Source of the DNA: Octopus sinensis
Lineage: Eukaryota
Direction of reading: 5' to 3'
Length of the DNA: 64,000 bases
NCBI RefSeq assembly: GCF_006345805.1
Contig: NC_043004.1
Coordinates: forward strand, 58,094,001-58,158,000
In this document: in pieces, positions 1-9,539 of the stretch
Position numbering within the stretch: position 1 is the first letter of the stretch
Layout of the letters: every line of letters begins with the position of its first letter
Notes under the pieces: generated by a model
Told to the model about the DNA's origin: nothing
Seen by the model: only the letters and a program-made list of their open reading frames with translations
Database searches by the model: none
Translations under genes and position numbers: made by a program

Positions 1-10
1 GTGACTATCT

Positions 11-360
11 TTTATCTTTAACTCGTTTTTGTCATTAAACTGCGGCCATGCTGGGGCACCACCTTCAGGAATTCTAGTCAAACTAATCGACCTCTGTGAT
101 CATTTTCTTTTTAAGCCTGGTAATTATTCTATCGGAGCCTTTTGCCGAACCGCTACGTTAACCGCCGTCAAGCAGTCAAGCAGTGTCACACACACACACA
201 CACACACACCTTACAGGAATCTTTCATCTTGCTTTTGTCTAGCATATCCACTCACAAGGATTTGGTCGGTCTGAAGCTATAGGAGAAGACATTTGCCCGA
301 AGTGCTACGCAGTGGGGCTGAGCCTGTAACCATGTGGTTGCGAAGCAAACTCCATACAAC
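11..360 (-). mobile_element. Old, diverged copy of SINE family A
   Basis: Degenerate versions of the A modules in reverse order: tail (ctgcggccatgctggggcacc), ttgccgaaccgct, CA microsatellite, tccactcacaagg...aaccatgtggttg head. Confidence 0.7.
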
Positions 361-436
361 GCATAAACAGATGTGTGTGTGTGTGTGTGTGTGTATCCAT
401 GTGGTGTATATGATTATCTGTACGTATATACATAAA

Positions 437-610
437 GGCGCAGGAGTGGCTATGTGGTAAGTAGCTTGCTTACCAACCACATGGTTCCGGGTTCAGTCCC
501 ACTGCGTGGCACCTTGGGCAAGTGTCTTCTACCATAGCCTCAAGCCGACCAAAGCCTTGTGAGTGGATTTGGTAGACGGAAACTGAAAGAAGCCCGTCAT
601 ATATATGTAA

Positions 611-661
<51 letters not shown>

Positions 662-846
662 TCCCCCCAACATCGCTTGACAACCGATGCTGGTGTGTTT
701 ACGTTCCTGTAACTTAGCGGTTCGGTAAAAGAAAACGATAGAATAGGTACTAGGCTTCCAAGGAATAAGTCCTGGAGTCGATTTCCTCGAATAAAGGCGG
801 TGCTCCAGCATGGCCGCATTCAAATGACTGAAACAAGTAAAAGAGA
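437..846 (+). mobile_element. SINE family A (tRNA-like head, central TA/TG microsatellite, 3' stem-loop and GTAAAAGA tail), full length
   Basis: Starts ggcgcaggagtggctatgtggtaag (A-box-like), then ggttcagtccc (B-box-like), ccttgggcaag, microsatellite 600-658; ends cagcatggccgca..tgactgaaacaagtaaaagag. Many near-identical copies in the window. Confidence 0.9.
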
Positions 847-911
847 AAAAAATAAGAGAAAATATATATATATGCATGTATGTATGTATGCATGCATGTG
901 TGCTTGTACGT

Positions 912-983
<72 letters not shown>

Positions 984-1639
984 TTAGATTAACTAAAGCG
1001 CCGAAACAGTATATGAAATTGAATTTGTAAACATAATGAAGCATATTTTTAGCCTCGCCATTTTGTTAATGAATGTTTTACATACATACATGTATCTGTG
1101 TGTGTGTGTGTGTGTGTGGTTGTGTGTGTGTGTTGTGTGCAGCAATAGCAACACTATATCTCAGTGAAAATTGATTTATATGGCATAATTGTAAAATTAT
1201 ATTATACCATTGTAAAACATATGTACAGATGCTAAGATCTGAAGAATAAATGACAACGTCGAGAAGTTGTATAATGATGAGAATATTAAATGATTGAACA
1301 TATTGCGTATGTAGATAAAATATATATTTTTTTCTTCCAAGTGAAGTTGTTTAAAAAATCGAATTGTCTGGCATATCGTTCAAGATATAGTAATATATTT
1401 GAAAAAAAAAATGTTCATGTGAGGGCAAATCACAAGATGAAGCAGTAGAAAAGATATAATTTATTGATTGGACACTTGGTAGGTATATTAGTTCCCATAC
1501 AAAATGAGGTTCCAAAATTCGTATGCGGTAAAATATTTCGGCAGCAGGTCCACCTCCATGATAAACATGATGTGAAAAGTACGCTAATAGAATTCGCCGT
1601 TAGATACATATGCCTATATGTATGTATGCATATACATAC

Positions 1640-1710
<71 letters not shown>

Positions 1711-1812
1711 TCAATATAGGGTGGCAAAAAAAAAAAAATTTGTAGAATTTTTTTGCCACCAGCGGCCTAGTGGGAAAAAATTAAATAGTCATAGACCATT
1801 TTTAAGTTCAAC

Positions 1813-2136
1813 ATCAACATCAAGGAACGGCCATAATAGGCCATTCACCCACTAGAAATAACAGCCAAAGCTTCAACCGCAAATAAAAATCAATTCCGTA
1901 AACAGGAGAAAATTTAAAAAACATTTACCCTGTAATTTCTTATACGATGCACCGTTTCATCTGCTGTTTAATGGTAAACTAACCTGATTAAATTAAATCA
2001 AGCCAATCTTCCATAGGCCCTCAGATTCTTCAGTAAGAAATAGCCACAAGTCACGGAATTGATTTTTATTTGCGGTTGAAGCTTTGGCTGTTATTTCTAG
2101 TGGGTGAATGGCCTATTATGGCCGTTCCTTGATTGT

Positions 2137-2140
<4 letters not shown>
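1813..2140. mobile_element. Foldback/MITE-like element with ~87-bp terminal inverted repeats
   Basis: 1813-1899 is the reverse complement of 2053-2140 except for a 1-nt indel; ~153-bp spacer; right arm abuts (TA)n. Confidence 0.7.
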
Positions 2141-2182
<42 letters not shown>

Positions 2183-2277
2183 ATATGTATATATGTATGT
2201 ATGTAAGTATATGTGTGTGCGTGTGCGTGTGCGTGTTTATGCATATGCACACACATATATGCATATGTGTATACATG

Positions 2278-2434
2278 CTTGGCATAAACGTTAGCACGCC
2301 GGGCAAAAATACTTAGCGGTATTTCGTCTGCCGTTACGTTCTAAGTTCAAATTCCGCCGAGGTCGACTTTGCCTTTCATCCTTTAAATGGCGGTGCCCCA
2401 ACATGGCCACAGCTAGTGAGCTGAACCTAGATAA

Positions 2435-2435
<1 letters not shown>
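2278..2435 (+). mobile_element. SINE B head joined to an A-type tail (internally deleted or chimeric)
   Basis: B head acgttagcacgccggg...gagg tcgactttgcctttcatcc (2278-2383), directly followed by ggcggtgccccaacatggccacag..gctgaacctagat, which resembles the A tail. Confidence 0.65.
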
Positions 2436-2507
<72 letters not shown>

Positions 2508-2531
2508 GACAGACAGATAGATATACAGATA

Positions 2532-2947
2532 TGTTTCTTTATTAGCCACACAGGGCTGCACACAGGCGGGACAGATTACAAAGTAGAGCTTTTCTTTTTG
2601 GGGAGAAAGAAAAAAAAAGTGGGGTAGGTTTTCGATCAAAACATCTCGGGCAGGTCGGCCCCGTGATTCTCGAGCCGTGTCTGTAGAGCTTATCCCGAAC
2701 GGGTAGCGCTTCTCGATAGCACTGCCAGGCCAGGGATCTCTGGAAGTTGTCCATGGTTCTTGGCCCGAAAGTCGTCCTGAACAGACAGGTCAGGTATTCC
2801 TCGTCGACGTCCAGGTTCGCCCCGAGCTCGTCGTCGTACCTCCCCACCAATAATCCCATATAGAATGCTTTGGTTGTGTTGAAGTCGCTCAAGGTCGACC
2901 CGGGACGGCATAGTTGCCTGAGAGCAATGCGACACTCTCGGTCCTCG
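2532..2947 (-). mobile_element. Tx1/L1-clade LINE fragment: ORF2 C-terminal zf-RVT region joined to the 3' UTR
   Basis: Open frame EDRECRIALRQ...NFQRSLAWQCYREALPVRDKLYRHGSRITGPTCPRC fits the W-x-LP-x-R...CxxC zf-RVT pattern; ends in gtggctaataaagaaac; GC-rich island between microsatellites. Confidence 0.7.
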
Positions 2948-3010
<63 letters not shown>

Positions 3011-3021
3011 TGATAGATAGA
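2948..3021. repeat. (GATA)n microsatellite
   Basis: About 18 tandem GATA units. Confidence 0.98.
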
Positions 3022-3090
3022 TGCATATACACATATATATGTAAGTTGATGTATATTGTTTACATAAAAATATACGTCAATATCTATACG

Positions 3091-3160
<70 letters not shown>

Positions 3161-3164
<4 letters not shown>

Positions 3165-3856
3165 GAAATATTAAACTTACTAAGTCTCTATAAAAGAGAT
3201 TACGACAGCGTTTACTGGAAATTAATTGTTATCGCCATATTAATATGGCATTCTTATAGATATAAGGATAATCGCTGCCGCTGGTCAGCTCCATGAGGCC
3301 ACCTCCTTAAGATAGCTATTGATACACGATCTGTATCCATTATAACCTTCGAACAAGGGAGGTCAGCCGCTTCACACTGCCGGTCCGACAGCTACAGACG
3401 CGTTTCGGGGTATTGCCCCTTGTCAATGTAGCGCAGTCAGACCCCGCAGGTGTCGCCACCGACGTCTCTGTTCGAAGGCTTATATTTACCTAGTTTCAGT
3501 GGAATACATCCACTTGTTTTCAATAATAGAAATATTAAAATTACTAAGTCTCTATAAAAGAGATTACGACAGCGTTTACTGGAAATTAATTGTTATCGCC
3601 ATATTAATATGGCATTCTTATAGATATAAGAATAATCGCTGTGAACTTTTATGCCTCTTTCTTCTCTTTCTTCATCTCCTTATTCCTTTTCTCCGGCCCT
3701 ATATATCGTTATTGCGTTAATCCATACCCTTCTTATTTTCCCTATTTGTCTCCGATGACTAAATATCCCATACTCAGGGATATCCCAGAAACAGGTGTAA
3801 GACTTTGCCTTTTTTCCACTAATAATAACGTATATGACTTGATATGTTATGACTTT

Positions 3857-3860
<4 letters not shown>
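3161..3860 (-). mobile_element. Hammerhead-containing non-autonomous retroelement (retrozyme / Penelope pLTR-like)
   Basis: Direct repeats 3161-3277 and 3525-3641 (117 bp, 2 mismatches) enclose a hammerhead; the whole unit lies between (TA)n tracts at 3093-3160 and 3861-3901; no ORF with recognisable homology. Confidence 0.7.
3382..3443 (-). ncRNA. Type I hammerhead ribozyme (short palindromic stem III, U3:A8 core variant)
   Basis: Minus strand: ggtctgac-tgc-gctaca UUGACAA gggg-caata-cccc GAAA cgcg UC tgtagc-t-gtcggacc. Stems I and II fully paired; GUC cleavage triplet, predicted cut between + positions 3397 and 3396. Confidence 0.85.
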
Positions 3861-3902
<42 letters not shown>

Positions 3903-3905
<3 letters not shown>

Positions 3906-4303
3906 GCTGTGTCGTAAGTAGTTTGCTAACCAACCACATGGTTCCGGGTTCAGTCCCACTGCGTGGCATCTTCGGCAAGTGTCTTCTGCTATAGCCCCGG
4001 GCTGACCAATGCCTTGTGAGTGGATTTGGTAGACGGAAACTGAAAGAAGCCTGTCGTATATATGTATATGTATATATGTGTGTGTGTGTTTGTGTGTCTG
4101 TGTTTGTCCCCCTAGCATTGCTTGACAACCGATGCTGGTGTGTTTACGTCACCCTCAGCTAGCGGTTCGGCAAAAGAGACCGATAGAATAAGTACTGGGC
4201 TTACAAAGAATAAGTCCCGGGGTCGATTTGCTCGACTAAAGGCGGTGCTCCAACATGGCCGCAGTCAAATGACTGAAACAAGTAAAAGAGTAAAAAAGAG
4301 TAA
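3903..4303 (+). mobile_element. SINE family A, near full length
   Basis: Same modules as 437-846; head abuts (TA)n; tail gtaaaagagtaaaaaagag. Confidence 0.9.
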
Positions 4304-4332
4304 TATATATGTATATAGATATATATATATAT

Positions 4333-4567
4333 AGGGCGGCGGGCCGGCAGAATTGTTAGCACACCGAGGAGCGAAATGCTTAGCGGTATTTCGTCTGCTG
4401 TTACGTTCTGCGTTCAAATTCCGCCGAGGTCGACTTTGCCTTTCATCCTCCCCGGGTCAATTAAATAAGTACCAGTTACGCAATGGGGTCGATGTAATAG
4501 ACTAAATCTCTTTGTCCGCCCGTGTTTGTCCCCTCTATGTTTAGCCCCTGTGGGCAGTAAAGAAATA
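4333..4567 (+). mobile_element. SINE family B, tail type 1
   Basis: ggcggcgggccggcagaattgttag (A-box-like), gttcaaattcc (B-box), gcctttcatcc..taagtaccag central domain, tail tttagcccctgtgggcagtaaagaaata followed by (TA)n. Confidence 0.85.
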
Positions 4568-4591
4568 TATATATATATATATGCATGTACA

Positions 4592-4973
4592 TCTTTATAT
4601 ATAAAAGTAAGGTTGTGTGTCTGTCTCCTACGATTTAGATTCCTAACTACTCCCACATTTTGCGGTGCAGTTTAACCAAAAGCGGGTATCTTATAGTCGT
4701 GATTCATATCGAGCCCTTCTGGGTATTAGCGCGCGTCTACGATGAGTCTACGATTTAAAAAAAAAATTACCATCATTTTTTTCCATTTTAATGCATTTTA
4801 TTCGCTATTATATAAGGGAAGTAACTCTCTAAAAATGTCTACGATGAGTCAACGATTTAAAAAAAAATTTACCATCATTTTTTTTCCATTTTTAATGCAT
4901 TTTTTTGCTATTTTTTGGCTATAACTCTCTAAAAATGCTTATATAGTTATTTCCCGCCGGGTGATACTGCTAG
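4592..4973 (+). mobile_element. Non-autonomous Helitron, copy 1
   Basis: A|TC start (tctttatatataaaag), CTAG|T end, no TSD; internal ~105-bp tandem duplication; 17-bp deletion in the subterminal hairpin relative to the other copies. Confidence 0.8.
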
Positions 4974-5181
4974 TATGTATATAAATATATAGATATATAC
5001 AGATACGCAAATATGCATGTGTTTGTGTGCGTATGCGTGTGGGTTTTTATAATATACAGTTATGACTTAAATACACAGTAAATGAGTTCTCTGAGTCAGC
5101 ATGCAAGTGGAAACGGTGGGAAACAGATTTATTAGTATTGAAAAGAAAATAACCAAGCAAAATTCTAACAACTTTTTGGAA

Positions 5182-5400
5182 TTTCTTTTATTCTTTTATT
5201 CTTTTACTTGTTTCAGTCATTTGACTGCGGCCATGCTGGAGCACCGCCTTTAATCGAGCAACTGGACCCCGGGACTTATTCTTTTCTAAGCCCAGTACTT
5301 ATTTTATCGGTCTCATTTGCCGAACCGCTAAGTAACGGGGACATAAACACACCAGCATCGGTTGTCAAGCAATGCTAGGGGGACAAACACAGACACACAA

Positions 5401-5463
<63 letters not shown>

Positions 5464-5629
5464 TACGACAGGCTTCTTTCAGTTTCCGTCTACCAAATCC
5501 ACTCACAAAGCATTGGTCGGCCCGAGGCTATAGCAGAAGAAACTTGCCCAAGATGCCACGCAGTGGGACTGAACCCGGAACCATGTGGTTGGTTAGCAAG
5601 CTACTTACCACACAGCCACTCCTGCACCT
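5182..5629 (-). mobile_element. SINE family A, full length
   Basis: Reverse complement of the A consensus with CA/TA centre and (cttttatt)n tail. Confidence 0.9.
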
Positions 5630-7480
5630 ATGTAGGAATGTAGATAAAAATTATATATTAACTGTGTATTTGAGTGTCTGGGTAATTGAGTGTGTATGTG
5701 TGTGTGGGTGTGCCTGCACTGGTATAAGACTCGCTGTCATTTGTTTTATGTCATTTCATGTCCCGAAGCCTAGCAGTTCCACAAATAGAAACATATAGAA
5801 TAAACATCAGACTGAAAGAGTTGTATTGAAGTCGATACGGTTGACTTGAAACATTTGAAGCTATTACTTCAGCATAGTAATGTCTGATATAAGTAAAAGA
5901 GTAAGTCATGTGACAACTTATATACATGGCTTCTGAATGCAATATTTCTTAATGACTGTAGTTTTCGGTCCATTGTATTAAAACTAGTAATCTAAAGAAT
6001 TTTTTTTTACGCTGATTGAAACTCAGAAGCAACATTGTCCATACTCCTTCTGTATTCTGTATAGTTCTATAAAAAGTTGGGATTACGCATTTTTTTAAAA
6101 ATCAGAGTAAATATTTATGTATGTCGCTATACAGTGTATTCCTTATTTGTATATATTAATAATATATATTAATACTATATAATGCTATATATTAATACTA
6201 TATTATACTATACTAATAAGGAATACAGTGTATTCCTTATTAGTATATTGCTATATTCCATATTACAACCATTCTTACTAGGATCAGTTTTCAGGTTCCT
6301 TGTCTTCTTTTGTGGTGGGGATGGATAGCACCTTTTCAATCTTTGTAGAAATCAGTGAATTTAGTTCATCAACGAGACACTAAGTTTCATCATTTCTAAT
6401 TATAATTACTATGACAATTGAATCTTCATTGATCTTATGTAAAAGGAGATCAATGCGCGATTTCTTCAACACCGAAATCGTAAAATCTTTTACCCTTGTT
6501 GAGCATACGATAGTAAATATGTCTGAGTACAGGTATTTTCCTGAGTTCGCACCTTCAACACTGCAGACAAAAGTTCACATATTATTGCAATCATTTGAAA
6601 ACAACCGCAGTGGAAGCTAGTTTCCTCTATAGCAAACAAGATTTTTCATATGAATGTTAAATGAATTAGTCTTATAATCACAAATTATTCCTTAATATAA
6701 TGTTGGAATAAGTGATATGATATTGGGTGGCAGGAACAGTACTTTAATATAGGGAATTCGCAATGAGAGGAATGCGTTAGAATGCTGTAAACAAGTTGTA
6801 AAATTTTGAAGTTATTAATATTTTCTTCTGTATAAATTTCAACTCCAGAAATGCCGATGAACTTGGAGGATATTTTTTATTTGATCCTTTCATTTTAAGT
6901 GGATTCGGGGACCTATTAATTAATAATGATTTTGCGAAAGAGTCACCTAATCTATAAAATCATAATAATGTGACCCGAGATATCGCATCCGCTAACCGTT
7001 TTTTTTTTGTTTTTTTACTTTCTTATTATAAAAGTTCACTTTGTTATTTTCTTCAAATTACATCGTTTTCTTCAATATCAAATGTTTGTTTTAAGAATAA
7101 TAACATCAATTATTTTAACTAATTGTGGCAGAAATTCTTCAGCAATTTTCTTATCACTTGATCCATTTTCATAATGCAGTTTCGTGTAACTTTATATAAT
7201 ACAGAAAGCTTCGACTGTAAAACTCTTCAAGCCATCTCATACTGCCTGTGAATCCTTTCTACAGGGAATTAGATGTTTGATTTGTAATGTTGATTTAATT
7301 AGAAATTTTTGCCGCTCGTTTTCATATACACAGGTAATCTTTGAGAGTTTATATTATACCTAAAATGACAGAGCTTTTTTCCGTTCTTACTATTATATAT
7401 ATTAAGTATGTTTTGAACTTAATGAAGATCCTGCACTTATACTGTCTCTTTTCATTGTTCTAACATTGCTACATTAATAT

Positions 7481-7863
7481 GTGGAGGCGCAATGGCCCAG
7501 TGGTTAGGGCAGCGGACTCGCGGTCGTAGGATCGCGGTTTCGATTTCCAGACCGGGCGTTCTGAGTGTTTATTGAGCGAAAACACCTAAAGCTCCACGAG
7601 GCTCCGGCAGGGATGGTGGTGATCCCTGCTGTACTCTTTCACCACAACTTTCTCTCACTCTTACTTCTTGTTTCTGTTGTACCTGTATTTCAAAGGGCCG
7701 GCCTTGTCACTCTCTGTGTCACGCTGAATATCCCCGAGAACTACGTTAAGGGTACACGTGTCTGTGGAGTACTCGGCCACTTACACGTTAATTTCACGAG
7801 CAGGCTGTTCCGTTGATCGATCAACCGGAACCCTCGTCGTCGTAACCGACGGAGTGCTCCTAC
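7481..7863 (+). mobile_element. SINE family C (tRNA-like head), full length with TSD
   Basis: tggcccagtggttagg A-box and ggtttcgatttcc B-box; 12-bp TSD ctacattaatat at 7469-7480 and 7864-7875; second copy at 35960-36345. Confidence 0.9.
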
Positions 7864-8176
7864 CTACATTAATATAAAAATTATGTAAAATTAAGTGCTA
7901 CTTCAGTGTGCAATTTATCTCAACATCTTTAAAGTGAAATGAAAATAACTGAAAAACAAATGTAAGGACAAAAAAGGAAACGATGAAATTACGAAGTAGC
8001 ATTTCTAAATGATACACGCAATGGATGAAAATGACACTAGTCAGTCTTTAATTTCTGCCCATGAAGATAACGTATAAAAGGAGATTTTTACATCTATCAA
8101 CACATACAGTATTAGGGAAAAATCTGTAGATATGCTTTCAAATACAGCATTGCGAATATGTATACAAGTTAATATA

Positions 8177-8783
8177 GGCGCAGGAGTGGCTGTGTGGTAA
8201 GTAGCTTGTTTACCAACCACATGGTTCCGGGTTCAGTCCCACTGCGTGGCACCTTGGGCGAGTGTCTTCTACTATAGCCTCGGGTCGACCAAAGCCTTGT
8301 GAGTGGATTTGGTAGACGGAAACTGAAAGAAGCCCGTCGTATATATGTATATGTATATATATATAGGCGCAGGAGTGGCTGTGTGGTAAGTAGCTTGTTT
8401 ACCAACCACATGGCTCTGGGTTCAGTCCCACTGCGTGGCACCTTGGGCAAGTGTCTTCTACTATATCCTCGGGCCGACCAAAGCCTTGTGAGTGGATTTG
8501 GTAGACGGAAACTGAAAGAACCCCATCGTATATATTATATATATATATATGTATGTGTATGTGTGTGTTTGTGTGTCTGTGTTTGTCCCCCTAGCATTGC
8601 TTGACAACCGATGCTAGTGTGTTTATGTCCCCGTTACTTAGCGGATCGGCACAAGAGACCGATAGAATAAGTACTGGGCTTACAAAAGAATAAGTCCCGG
8701 GGTCGATGTGTTCGATTAAAGGCGGTGCTCCACCATGGCCGCAGTCAAATGACTGAAACAAATAAAAGATTAAAAGAGTAGAG
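8177..8783 (+). mobile_element. SINE family A with duplicated 5' half
   Basis: Head plus microsatellite at 8177-8364, immediately followed by a complete copy at 8366-8783. Confidence 0.9.
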
Positions 8784-9117
8784 TATTGCATTGAAAATAT
8801 ATATAAAAAAAAACACTGTCAAAGAATCAATATCTTTAATTTTAAAATAGTTAATTATTGTATAGTTAATCATAGCCAGCTAATCTTTGTAACTTCATTT
8901 TAATGCAGTAATGTGTTCTATAAAAGTTATATAAAAGTGTTGTGCGTAAGTTAGTGCAAATATTTATAGCGTGTGTTTGTGTGCGGGTATGTGACTGTAT
9001 GTGTTCATAAATGCATGTATATTGTGTGCGTGCATGTGTGTGTTGTGCATCCGCATTTATGAATCATGCTTGCGAATATGTATACAAGTTAATATATATC
9101 AAACAATGATGATGAAG

Positions 9118-9240
9118 ACGCATGGCTAAGTGGTTAGGGTGTACGGATCACGAATATTTGGGGTTCCATTCCTATGCTGTCAGCGCACTGCGTCCCAGAG
9201 CAACGCGACTCATTTCCCATTGCTTCAGTAGTCCTTCCTC
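9118..9240 (+). mobile_element. Degenerate tRNA-headed SINE (family F-like)
   Basis: catggctaagtggttagg A-box, gggttccattcc B-box remnant, cattgcttcagt segment shared with 61594-61905. Confidence 0.45.
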
Positions 9241-9306
9241 CACCCAGTTATTACATCCTTAACATGCTTCTGAGTCAGGGGTTGGAAAACTGGCAAGTCT
9301 ATTTCT

Positions 9307-9539
9307 TATATCTTTATTGCCCATAAGGGGCTAAACACAGAGGGGACAAACAAAGACAGACAAACGGATTAAGTCGATTACATCGACCCCAATGCGTAGC
9401 TGATACTTAATTTATCGACCCCGAAAGGATGAAAGGCAAAGTTGACCTCGGTGGAATTTGAACTCAGAACGTAATGGCAGACGAAATACCAGTAGGCATT
9501 TCGCCCGGCTTGCTAACGTTTCTGCCAGCTCGCCGCCTT
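9307..9539 (-). mobile_element. SINE family B, tail type 1, full length
   Basis: Matches the B consensus; candidate 12-bp TSD aagtctatttct at 9295-9306 and 9542-9553. Confidence 0.88.

Noticed and set aside
6290-6590. Minus-strand frame VEGANSGKYLYSDIF...KEDKEPEN after a ttttgtctgcag acceptor
   Set aside because: Internal stop, weak donor and no recognised family.
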